From positions 1 to 25,010 of the IMG/VR virus record IMGVR_UViG_3300048576_000387: a stretch of DNA of 25,010 nt; one strand, given 5' to 3'. Positions within the stretch are counted from its first letter, which is position 1. Every line of letters begins with the position of its first letter. Both the position numbers and the translations under genes were made by a program. Of the stretch, positions 16,844-24,703 are shown in pieces. The DNA comes from a virus (lineage: Duplodnaviria > Caudoviricetes). The notes under the pieces are model-generated. The model saw only the letters and a program-made list of their open reading frames with translations. It was not told the DNA's origin and did no database searches.

Positions 16844-17482
16844 TTAGTCCAGTGTAATCGTCCAAAGCCCTAATATGCCCCGCGCAGGAAGCACGCGTCG
16901 CAGGGATTGAACATCCTCTAGGAGCCAGCAGTACGGCCCGGTGGCGAGGGGATCGTCGGCAAGGTCGGGCGAGTAGGGGACGATGTCGCGGAGCGTGACG
17001 GTGCCGACGATCGCGGAGCGGGGGATCTCGGCAGGGACCTCGACGCCGAGGGCGGCCAGGGCAGCGCGGGCAGCGATCTCCTCAGCGCCGCCGTGTTTCG
17101 CGGTGGCGTGGATGGCCAGGGGGCCGCGATAACGGACGCGCCAGGTGCGATTCTCGACCCGCTTGTGGCCGTGGACGATCGCCCAGGCCCAGACGGGATG
17201 CACACTGAGGACCTTGATGGTTTCGCCCCTGGCTGGCCCTGCCTTCGCCTGGCTGGCCCAGGCGCTGGGGGGCGAATCGGGCGACGTCGGGCAGGCCCGC
17301 TCGCAACCTGGGGCTCCAGGGCCGTTCTGGGAGGCGGCCTCTCCGTCCGCTGGGAATAGGTCGAGTTGGCCGGGCAGGCAGTCTGCGCCGGAAAAGAGCG
17401 TCTTCTGGCGGGCCTTGGGGGCGGGCGCGGGCTGGCAGGCCGGCGGCCGCGGGGCGTCGCTTCTGAGCGTGAACGGTTCCAT
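16844..17482 (-). CDS. ASCH-domain protein with N-terminal QLDLF-containing extension
   Basis: LSVHPVWAWAIVHGHKRVENRTW...GPLAIHA (GxKxxExR); ATG 17482 next to the upstream stop; real part of the 971-aa track ORF. Confidence 0.88.
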   Translation of the reverse strand: MEPFTLRSDAPRPPACQPAPAPKARQKTLFSGADCLPGQLDLFPADGEAASQNGPGAPGCERACPTSPDSPPSAWASQAKAGPARGETIKVLSVHPVWAWAIVHGHKRVENRTWRVRYRGPLAIHATAKHGGAEEIAARAALAALGVEVPAEIPRSAIVGTVTLRDIVPYSPDLADDPLATGPYCWLLEDVQSLRRVLPARGILGLWTITLD

Positions 17483-17483
17483 G

Positions 17484-17936
17484 TCAGAACTCCAGGTCTG
17501 GGGGAAGGGGATCGTGGGGAAGATACGCGCCGCTGGCGACCCGCCGGATCGCCTGGCGGTAGAGTTGCTCGGCCGGCGGCATGCGATCGTACGGCGAGAG
17601 GAGGAAGTCCCAGAGGCGTTCTGTGCCATCGTCGCCGCCGTATTCGGGGAACTCGGTGGCAATCTCCTGGGCGATCTCATCGTAGGCCGGCACGGCGGTG
17701 TAGTCGCTGCGCTCGACCAGGCGGCCCCAGCGGGACACGAACCCGTGGCGCCAGAAGGGCCAACTCCCGGGCGTGCTGGCGGTGGCCATCTGCCAGGCCA
17801 CGGCCCGGATCTCGTTGGGGCGTTGCCGCCTGTCCCATTCGGCGGCCTTGAGTTCCTGGTAGGCGGGCTGGACGTCGCTCCACGCGAGGCCCAAACTTGC
17901 CGCCTCGCGGCGAAGATCGGATAATGCGTCGGACAT
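17484..17936 (-). CDS. hypothetical protein (150 aa, helical, Trp-rich)
   Basis: Tiles with neighbours, GC-rich third positions. Confidence 0.7.
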   Translation of the reverse strand: MSDALSDLRREAASLGLAWSDVQPAYQELKAAEWDRRQRPNEIRAVAWQMATASTPGSWPFWRHGFVSRWGRLVERSDYTAVPAYDEIAQEIATEFPEYGGDDGTERLWDFLLSPYDRMPPAEQLYRQAIRRVASGAYLPHDPLPPDLEF

Positions 17937-17978
17937 GGGGGGTGCTTTCGTAACGGTTGGTTTCCTCGGTGTCGAACC

Positions 17979-18010
17979 GGGCGGACCGGAGCTGCAACTC
18001 CGGCCCGCCC
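17979..18010 (-). terminator. GC-rich intergenic hairpin
   Basis: GGGCGGGCCGGAG-TTGCAG-CTCCGGTCCGCCC; no U tract, so it may not terminate. Confidence 0.4.
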
Positions 18011-18024
18011 CCTCTTTGCGCCCG

Positions 18025-18330
18025 CTAGTATTCCTCGGGCAGAAGAATCGTGGTGGCGGCGCGGTCGCCGTTGTCGTCGGTGGCTTCGGTGATGATCCAG
18101 ATTTTCTGGCCCTGGAGCGTCTGGTAGGCGGAGAGGATTCGCGAGCCGTCGATAAGGGCCTGGTCGTTGGCGTCTTTGTCGTCGGTGCAGACGCTCCCCC
18201 AGTCGCCGGAGATATGGCGGGCGAGGAAGAACATCGGCTCCTGACTGGCGTCGGCGATGGCTCGCAGAGCGCCGGGCGTGGCGAGCAGGCGGCCGAGGCG
18301 GAACTTCGGACGGGGCGTGGTGGTGGTCAT
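18025..18330 (-). CDS. conserved small plasmid/phage protein (GDWG...LLPEEY family)
   Basis: F.LG...ATPGA, RH..GDWG, N..AL..G.RILSAY, IWIITE, TTILLPEEY; widespread on mobile elements, function unknown. Confidence 0.85.
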   Translation of the reverse strand: MTTTTPRPKFRLGRLLATPGALRAIADASQEPMFFLARHISGDWGSVCTDDKDANDQALIDGSRILSAYQTLQGQKIWIITEATDDNGDRAATTILLPEEY

Positions 18331-18364
18331 GGAACGAGGCTCCTGTCGAATGGGGTTTGGAAGC

Positions 18365-18391
18365 GGCCCCGGGGCGACGTGCCCCGGGGGC
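18365..18391 (-). terminator. GC-rich intergenic hairpin
   Basis: CCCCGGGGC-5 nt-GCCCCGGGG. Confidence 0.4.
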
Positions 18392-18405
18392 TTCGGTCGT
18401 TCGGC

Positions 18406-19392
18406 CTACTGTTCGGCGTTCTGCTTGAGCCAGAGTTCCCAGCGCTTGCGGGCCTCCTCGATTTCCTTTTGTTGCTGGGCGATTTCCGCGGGCGTCAACT
18501 CGCGGGGCTTTTCTGCGGGAACGGGCTGGGGAACCGCGACGGGTTCGGGCTCGGGTTGCGGCGGCGGGGGCGGGCTGACGAGCCGCGTCATGGCCTGGCG
18601 GGCCAGGGCGACGGCGGCGTGGTAGTCGTAAGCGCCGCTGATGAGGATCGGCTCGCGGCCGGGGAAGAGCCGGGCGAGGTCGCCGAAGCTGGGAGGGAGC
18701 GGCGTCCCGAGTTGCCCGGCGAGTTGCCGGCCGCCGATCGCCTTGGCCCGGAACATGAGCGAGCGGTAGAACCACCCGCTGACGGCCGAGGCGAAGGTCG
18801 CGACGTCCAGCGGGTCGGCTGCCCGCTTGAGGCAGACCGCGTGGCAGTGGGAACTCCCGTCGGCATACGCCTTGAACGCCCGGTGGACGATCCACAGTTC
18901 CACGCGGAAGTCGGCGGCTTCGAGCAACTCGGTCATGGCGATCGCGGCGGCTCCGCGCCAAAGGATGTCGCGGTGTTTGATCTTCGCTTTGGCGTTGACG
19001 TCGATCACGATCACCACGGTCTGCGGCGCGCGGCAGGCGGAGCGGCTGGTCGTGCGCCAGAAGGACTGGCCCGTCCGCAGACGGTCGTGATCGACCTCGT
19101 CGCCGTCTTGCTCCTCGAAGCGGGGCCGGCGGCGGCGATTGGCAGGGCGGGGCAGGTCGGCGTCGGCCATTTCGTCGGCCATGCGGCGGATCGTCTCCAC
19201 CCCCTCGGGCCAGGCGGCGCGGGCCGCGGTGTAGACTTCCTCCCACGTGGAGAAGTCGCGACCGACGAACTTTTCGAGGTGGAAGATGTGCAAGGGCTGA
19301 CGGTCGACCGACGCGGCCGCCGAGGACTCGATGAGGTCCTCGACGGAGTCGAACACGCGGTAGTGCGTGCCGTAGGCGGTTTCGGTGTACAT
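18406..19392 (-). CDS. vWA-like partner of the AAA ATPase (degenerate MIDAS)
   Basis: GDEVDHDRLRTG then VVIVIDVN...RGAAAIAMTELLEAADFRVELW, resembling CobT/NorD-like vWA partners; adjacent to the ATPase. Confidence 0.65.
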   Translation of the reverse strand: MYTETAYGTHYRVFDSVEDLIESSAAASVDRQPLHIFHLEKFVGRDFSTWEEVYTAARAAWPEGVETIRRMADEMADADLPRPANRRRRPRFEEQDGDEVDHDRLRTGQSFWRTTSRSACRAPQTVVIVIDVNAKAKIKHRDILWRGAAAIAMTELLEAADFRVELWIVHRAFKAYADGSSHCHAVCLKRAADPLDVATFASAVSGWFYRSLMFRAKAIGGRQLAGQLGTPLPPSFGDLARLFPGREPILISGAYDYHAAVALARQAMTRLVSPPPPPQPEPEPVAVPQPVPAEKPRELTPAEIAQQQKEIEEARKRWELWLKQNAEQ

Positions 19393-19403
19393 GGTGTGTT
19401 TCC

Positions 19404-20459
19404 TTATCCCTTGATCTTCGCGATTTCGTCCCGTCGCCAGCCGGCGAAGAGCTGCTCATCGACTTGTTCGTCGGTCCATCCCCAGCGGGCGACCATCTCG
19501 GCGGCGTCGCGGATGAAGCGGGTGGAGACGAGCCGCTCCAGGCGATTGAGGCGGATTCGCTCGCGGTAGGCCCGCAAGCGGTCGAACAACTCGGGGATCG
19601 GGCAGAGGTGACGCTCCAGGTCCTCGTTGTAATCCATGGGGACCGTCCCGATGCGGAAGCGATCGAGGGTGGACTCGTCAAGCTGATTGCGGCCCACGTA
19701 CTGGCGATCCGCCCCGCGCCCCCAGGTGTTGGCCGCGGCGATGCAAATGAAGTCGGCATGCTTGAGGGCCACGGGCTTGTCGTGGCGATTGGGGATGGGC
19801 AGGCGGCCGTTGGCCAGGGCCGAGTTGATGACCAAGAGGACGTTGGGGTCGGCGGCGTCGAGTTCGTCGAAGAGGAAGACGCCCCCGTTTTCGTAGCAGT
19901 CGAGGAACTCGGTGGAGAGAAACTCGAATTGTCCCGCCTTGCCCTTGGGCACCATGCGGCCGGTAAGCTGGGCCTCGCTCATGCCGGCGGAGCAGGAGAT
20001 GGATGCGAACTTGAGCCCGAGGGCCTGGGCGACTTGGGTGGCCAGGTGGCTCTTGCCGCAACCGGCGGGGCCGGGCAGGAAGATATGCTTGCGGGCGATC
20101 GCCAGTCCGAGGACGCGGTCGAACGCCTCGTGGACAAAACCCTCGATCTTGTGTTCCGTGCCGTCGGGCTGGCGGACGTGGATCATCCGCGGGGCGGGCG
20201 TCCCCTTTTCCAACTCCCCGATGCGATCTTCGAGGGCCTTGATCTTCTCGGCGACGTCGGCGGGCAGCTCGACTGTGGTGGCGGGGTGCGGTTCGTCGAG
20301 GACGGCGTCGCAGTCCTCGTGCTGCCAGCGGGTGCGTTTGCCGGTCTTGTAGGGGCGGATGGGGTGATGGATCTTGATCGTCTTGCGGCAGGCCGGGCAT
20401 TTGCTTTCGTAGCGGGCCCGCTGGCTGGCGGCGTTGTCACTGTTTAGAATGTGAGACAT
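19404..20459 (-). CDS. MoxR/CbbQ-like AAA+ ATPase with N-terminal Zn finger
   Basis: Walker A GPAGCGKS, Walker B FLFDELD, AANTWG, RNQLDESTLDRF; N-terminal CPAC...HEDC; AGGAG RBS. Confidence 0.9.
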   Translation of the reverse strand: MSHILNSDNAASQRARYESKCPACRKTIKIHHPIRPYKTGKRTRWQHEDCDAVLDEPHPATTVELPADVAEKIKALEDRIGELEKGTPAPRMIHVRQPDGTEHKIEGFVHEAFDRVLGLAIARKHIFLPGPAGCGKSHLATQVAQALGLKFASISCSAGMSEAQLTGRMVPKGKAGQFEFLSTEFLDCYENGGVFLFDELDAADPNVLLVINSALANGRLPIPNRHDKPVALKHADFICIAAANTWGRGADRQYVGRNQLDESTLDRFRIGTVPMDYNEDLERHLCPIPELFDRLRAYRERIRLNRLERLVSTRFIRDAAEMVARWGWTDEQVDEQLFAGWRRDEIAKIKG

Positions 20460-20469
20460 CGGTTGGGGC

Positions 20470-20742
20470 TCCTGTCAAAGTGTGGTTCCAATCGAAGGCC
20501 CGTCGGGTGGTGATGACACCCGGCGGGCCGCTGTGTTGAATCGCTCTCTTCTCTACTGCGCTACTGCTGACCGTCCTCCGAACGGTCTGACGAGCAGGGC
20601 GGTTGTCGCCGCCTACTTGGGCCAGGTAATCGATCTCCCCGGGGTTCCCCGGGGCCTCTGACCCGCTCGCCGTTCGTGTTTTCAAGGATCGCGTGGCTCA
20701 CTTCTGACGTCTGTATCGTACCCTCCCGACGGGTGGCCACAA
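20470..20742 (-). promoter_or_regulatory. putative promoter and long structured 5' leader of the AAA cassette
   Basis: TTGTGG-16-TACGAT, boxA-like ATCCTTGAAAAC, several stems including 20497-20529. Confidence 0.5.
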
Positions 20743-20843
20743 GGAGCGATCGACGGAATTCCGGCCGGGCGAGCGGGCGGGCCACGGAAGTCCTTGCGAG
20801 GGCGCGGGTTGGCCTTATGTGATTGATATGTGAACGCCTGTTG

Positions 20844-20871
20844 TTGCGATCACCCATCTTGGCATTAGAAT
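20844..20871 (+). promoter_or_regulatory. sigma70-like promoter
   Basis: TTGCGA-16 nt-TAGAAT, preceded by ATGTGA direct repeats. Confidence 0.45.
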
Positions 20872-20929
20872 GGAAGGCCGGTCATCCGGCCCCCTTTCAT
20901 GCTCCGCCACAGCGCCCGAGGAGATGCAC

Positions 20930-21220
20930 ATGAGCGAAAAGGTGTTGAGAGATACTGCTTACGCAGAAGAGCTGGTCGAGCCAGCGGTCTACCGTTTCAA
21001 CGATGAATCGGAGGGACGAATCGAACACCTTCGGTTCAAGGTCGGGGATGCAGCGGGCAAGGAAGGCTATCGTCTATCGTGGTGGCGAGACGGTCGAATG
21101 TTGCCACGCCCTCTCGATCTTGCCGAGGACGAGTTCATCGCCCTTCTCCAAACTGCGGTAAAGACAGGCGTCTTCTCTCACCGAACAGTGAATAGGTTGC
21201 GGGAGATACTCGCCCAATGA
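20930..21220 (+). CDS. hypothetical 96-aa protein (moron; possibly PC4-like fold)
   Basis: GAGGAG RBS 6 nt before ATG 20930, own promoter, lower GC, beta strands followed by helices. Confidence 0.7.
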   Translation: MSEKVLRDTAYAEELVEPAVYRFNDESEGRIEHLRFKVGDAAGKEGYRLSWWRDGRMLPRPLDLAEDEFIALLQTAVKTGVFSHRTVNRLREILAQ

Positions 21221-21229
21221 CCGAGCCGT

Positions 21230-22582
21230 TCAGGTGCAACGGGTGGGATAGAAGGCGAGGCGATCGCCGCCGCGACCGGTGCCCTCCTGGCGGGCATCTC
21301 CGAGGGTGACCAGTTCATCCAGGGCGTTGCGGACGGAAGAGGCCGAAAGCCCGCTGACGCGGGCCAGGAGCGAGGGCGTGGCCCCAGGGTAGCGCCGCAG
21401 CAACGATTCCACCTGGACGACAGTCGCCCGCTTGGCGAACGGCGCAGGGGAGGCGGCGAGGTACGCTTCCGCCATGGCGCGATCCAGCGCCGGGCCGACG
21501 TATTCAAAGCCGGCGGTGATCCGCGCGGCCGATGTTGCCCGATAGGTCCCTTTGCGGCGGAACGCGCCGCCGGCGCCGGTGGGCGAGCTCATGCCCAGGC
21601 GCTTGCGCTTCCAATGTGGCGAGGCCGATCGGGCCCGAATCACCACGGGATGGCTCGCCGTGGCGAAGGCGCGTCGACCGACGCCCTTGAAGATGGACGC
21701 GCAGAACGTGCTCAGGCGGTGGCCGATCCCCAGCCCCTGATAATCGGGCAGGACCACGGAGCGATGCTCGCGGACGTCGCCCGACTTGCGGTCGCGAGAC
21801 ATGGCGTTCATCCATGCCGAGAAGGCGACGGGCGTGCCGTTCCAAAAGGCGACGAAGCAGCGGGCGGTGTTGGAAATCGACCCGCTCAGATAGTGATGGT
21901 GCCCGAAGAGAAGCCAGGCGGAACGGTGGACCGGAGCGACTTCAAGCTCGATTTTCGGTCGCCAAAGCCGCCCCCTTGCGAGCCGACTACTCGCCATGTC
22001 CACTTCCCAGTCCGGTTCGAGCCACTCGGCCACGTCGTAGTGGCACGTCACGGCGACGAAACGCCGCTTCAGGCGGCCCTTGCGGATCGCCTTGCTGACG
22101 GCCGCCGACCCGATGCGGGCCACGGTGCGGTCCACCACGCTGGTGAATTCGTCGTAAGCCACGACGGGCTTGTCGAGCAACAGGGCCCGGGCCAGGTCGC
22201 AACGGAACTTCTCGCCGTTGGAGAGGACGTGGTAGGGCTTCACCCAGCTCGGCGGCGAACTGAAGCCCACGGCCGAGAGGGTCTGGCTCAACTCCTGGAC
22301 GGACAGCTCGGGTGCGAAGCCGTCGAGGACGGCCTTGTCGGCGGGCCACTCGAAGCCCTGGATCAGGGCGTCGCCGAAGACCTGACGGGCGATGGTGCTC
22401 TTGCCCGACCCGCTGGGGCCGACGATGAGCCCGATCTGCCAGTCTTCCGCGAGGTCGGGGACCTCGACGCGGAACTGCTGGGCAAGCTTTTCCTCGAGCG
22501 AGAGGTCGAAGATCCCGGAGAGCTGCTCGACGCGGAACGATCGATGGACGGGACACTCAACGATGAGGGAGACTTCAGGCAT
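21230..22582 (-). CDS. ABC-type ATPase - GNAT (Mom-like) acetyltransferase - wHTH fusion
   Basis: GPSGSGKS, LSNGEKFR, YDEFTS, VTCH; HHYL, VVLPDYQGLGIG acetyl-CoA motif; C-terminal ATPSLLARVSGLSASSVRNALDELVTLG. Confidence 0.9.
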   Translation of the reverse strand: MPEVSLIVECPVHRSFRVEQLSGIFDLSLEEKLAQQFRVEVPDLAEDWQIGLIVGPSGSGKSTIARQVFGDALIQGFEWPADKAVLDGFAPELSVQELSQTLSAVGFSSPPSWVKPYHVLSNGEKFRCDLARALLLDKPVVAYDEFTSVVDRTVARIGSAAVSKAIRKGRLKRRFVAVTCHYDVAEWLEPDWEVDMASSRLARGRLWRPKIELEVAPVHRSAWLLFGHHHYLSGSISNTARCFVAFWNGTPVAFSAWMNAMSRDRKSGDVREHRSVVLPDYQGLGIGHRLSTFCASIFKGVGRRAFATASHPVVIRARSASPHWKRKRLGMSSPTGAGGAFRRKGTYRATSAARITAGFEYVGPALDRAMAEAYLAASPAPFAKRATVVQVESLLRRYPGATPSLLARVSGLSASSVRNALDELVTLGDARQEGTGRGGDRLAFYPTRCT

Positions 22583-22727
22583 ATAGATTTTCAATGGGGG
22601 GGCAGCGATGGCTTATGAGGGGAGAAGAAATGATTGCAATTTTCCGGGGCTCCCAAGCGATAATCTCTTCGGGAAGTTCGCAAGGGGCCCGCCGAGGGGC
22701 TCTCCTAAACCAATGGGGAGGTGAATC

Positions 22728-23015
22728 TTGATTAGCGTCTTCAGCTACCGGGGCTTGTGGATTCTTGTCGTGAATCTGAGGCGTGCATCAGACAGGAGAT
22801 GTCGGGGAAGACGCGACCATGCACCGATGCCATTCCTCTTTGATGGGTGCTGGTCCGGAGAACGATGGACACCCTCAACGACCTTCGCTCAGTTCTTCGA
22901 AAGCCGGACGGAGGCAGAGACGTACCTGAACGAGAATTACCGGACGATGATCGCGTGTCCACGCTTTCGTCGATATGGTGGCTACGAATCATATTGTGAG
23001 GAGCCGGCAGGATAA
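22728..23015 (+). CDS. small hypothetical protein (moron)
   Basis: GGAGGTG RBS before TTG, lower GC; overlaps the 3' end of the ParB-like gene by 27 nt. Confidence 0.5.
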   Translation: MISVFSYRGLWILVVNLRRASDRRCRGRRDHAPMPFLFDGCWSGERWTPSTTFAQFFESRTEAETYLNENYRTMIACPRFRRYGGYESYCEEPAG

Positions 23016-23678
23016 CCCTTCGCGCTCGAAGCGTTCGTAGAGTTCGCGCTGCTGGGCCTCGTCGCGGCAGTTGATGACGATCTTCCATTCGGCTTCGACG
23101 GGCTGGTCGGGGGCGGGAAGATGCTCGCCGCTTGCGGCGTTGTCGCCGGCGGCGTCTGTAGCCTCGCCGTCTTCGGAGGGGACGGCAGCCGCATCGGCGG
23201 TTTCGTCGGTCCCGGCCGAGCCGTCGGCGGTGTCTGCGGTGTCGGAAAGATTGCCGCGGAAAAGGTCATGCAGGGCGAAGGCGTCGTAGAGGTCGGGCGT
23301 TTCGTCGGCGACTTCGAGGAGCAAGTCGTCGAGCATTTTGCGGTCCCACTTCGCCAACTCGGCGGTGCGGTTGTCGGCGATCGAGAAGCCCCGCTGCGTC
23401 TTCGCGTCGTCTTCGACCCAAACCACGGCCAGGTGCGTCCAGCCGAGCTGCTGCGCGGCGAGATACGTGCCGTTGCCGGCCTCGATCTGGTTGTTCTTGC
23501 GGTTCACGACGATCGGCCGTCGCTGGCCGAAGGCCCCGAGGCTCGCGGCGATCGCCGTGATGTTCTCTTCGCCGTGCTTGCGGGCGTTGCGGGGATCGAG
23601 ATTCAGGTCGGCCATCGGGGCGGCCAGCGGCCGCAGCGGTTCGGCGATGTGGGAGAGGTCCAGACGTTGCTTGGCCAT
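22989..23678 (-). CDS. phage ParB/Srx-like N-terminal domain protein
   Basis: PRNARKH, SLGAFGQRRPIVV, AGNG, IADNRTAELAKWD; acidic linker; small C-terminal domain (IVINCRDEAQQRELYERF). Confidence 0.9.
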   Translation of the reverse strand: MAKQRLDLSHIAEPLRPLAAPMADLNLDPRNARKHGEENITAIAASLGAFGQRRPIVVNRKNNQIEAGNGTYLAAQQLGWTHLAVVWVEDDAKTQRGFSIADNRTAELAKWDRKMLDDLLLEVADETPDLYDAFALHDLFRGNLSDTADTADGSAGTDETADAAAVPSEDGEATDAAGDNAASGEHLPAPDQPVEAEWKIVINCRDEAQQRELYERFEREGLSCRLLTI

Positions 23679-23704
23679 GATCTGCTTTCTGGGAAAGGGG
23701 AGGT

Positions 23705-23814
23705 CTCACGCGGAGTCGCGGAAACGCGGAGAAGAGAATATGAGACTATGACTCATAGGGTCATATAATCCGAGTTGTCTCCATTCCCTCCGCGCCTCCG
23801 CGGCTCCGCGTGAG
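23705..23814. repeat. CACGCGGAG nonamer-type inverted repeat
   Basis: CTCACGCGGAGTCGCGGAAACGCGGAG ... CTCCGCGCCTCCGCGGCTCCGCGTGAG with AT-rich loop. Confidence 0.88.
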
Positions 23815-23824
23815 GCAATTGGGT

Positions 23825-23840
23825 GTCGCCAATTGGCGAC
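23825..23840. promoter_or_regulatory. perfect 16-bp palindrome
   Basis: GTCGCCAATTGGCGAC, intergenic upstream of the ParB-like gene. Confidence 0.5.
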
Positions 23841-23845
23841 GCGTG

Positions 23846-24319
23846 CTATGCGGCTTTCGCCGCCGGGGCAAGGTTGTCGCGCAGGGCGAGGAGTTGGCAA
23901 CTGACGGAGCCTTTGACGGGCTGGGCGACGGTGGAACGGAGTTGGGCCAGCACGCCTTCCACGGTGGTGACGAGAGCCGGGTCCTGCGCGGGCAGCTTCC
24001 CCGAATTGGCGGCGCAGTCGGCGATGAGGTCGGCGAGGACCTGGCGGCGGCGATCGGCGCGCATCCGACCGAGGACGCAGGCGATCACCTGGGCGGCCGG
24101 CGGTTCTTGCGAGGCGTTCCGCGTGCCGTCGTGGCCCACGGTGAGCTGCGCGCTGAGATTGTAGTCGGCGGACGGCTCGTCCGAGACGCGGCCGCTCAAT
24201 TCCAACTCGATCGGAAAACTCCTGCCGGCGGGGAGGTCGGGCCGGCGTTTCTTGGTCTCCTTCTCGGCGACCGATTTGACGGCGTGCCAGAAGGCGGCGA
24301 TGTGGGCTTGGGATGGCAT
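23846..24319 (-). CDS. hypothetical phage protein (157 aa)
   Basis: GGAG RBS, tiles within the operon. Confidence 0.75.
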   Translation of the reverse strand: MPSQAHIAAFWHAVKSVAEKETKKRRPDLPAGRSFPIELELSGRVSDEPSADYNLSAQLTVGHDGTRNASQEPPAAQVIACVLGRMRADRRRQVLADLIADCAANSGKLPAQDPALVTTVEGVLAQLRSTVAQPVKGSVSCQLLALRDNLAPAAKAA

Positions 24320-24322
24320 TGT

Positions 24323-24703
24323 TCACTCCAGGGGTTCGGCGGTCTTGAAGGTGTGGCCGCAGCGGCGGCATTTGTGGTAACGGATCGTGACGCGGAAGCT
24401 GGCGTTGCGGGGCGGCCGGCGCGTGCTCTGCACGAGCGTCTTGGTGGACCCGCAGTCGGGGCATTGGGTTCGGGCGTAGGATCCTCCCGACGAAACCGGC
24501 GAGGACTGGTTTTGTCCAAGAGCCTCCATCGCGGCCTGGTCGAAGGGCTGGGGCGTGACCTGCTCGTCGGTCCACTGGTGGCCGCAGTGGCGGCAGACCG
24601 CGGCCGTGCCCTCGAAGCCCCAGCGGACCACGGCGCCAAAGGTCTCCGCGTCGCGGCAACCGCACTTGGGGCACTCGGGCCCATCGGCAACGGGGAGACT
24701 CAT
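24323..24703 (-). CDS. double zinc-ribbon protein (C-terminal Ogr/Delta- or NrdR-like finger)
   Basis: ATG 24703 overlaps the terL stop (ATGA); CPKC..CRHC and CPDC..STR..RYHKCRRCGHTFKTAE. Confidence 0.8.
   Translation of the reverse strand: MSLPVADGPECPKCGCRDAETFGAVVRWGFEGTAAVCRHCGHQWTDEQVTPQPFDQAAMEALGQNQSSPVSSGGSYARTQCPDCGSTKTLVQSTRRPPRNASFRVTIRYHKCRRCGHTFKTAEPLE

Noticed and set aside
16844-19759. 971-aa ORF as one protein
   Set aside because: Upstream part is Arg/Pro-rich off-frame sequence overlapping real genes; only 16844-17482 is credible.
18406-20459. Cobaltochelatase CobS/CobT or nitric oxide reductase NorQ/NorD
   Set aside because: No pathway genes nearby; generic phage MoxR-vWA pair.
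20560-20700. tRNA or hammerhead ribozyme in the structured leader
   Set aside because: No T-loop/D-loop consensus and no CUGANGA/GAAA core found.
21230-22582. ABC transporter
   Set aside because: No permease or binding protein; fused GNAT and wHTH domains.
22634-22664. TTGCAA...GATAAT promoter for the 22728 ORF
   Set aside because: 19-nt spacing is poor; not listed as a feature.
22989-23678. ParABS partition system
   Set aside because: No ParA and no HTH after the ParB N-terminal domain; matches the phage modification-associated type.
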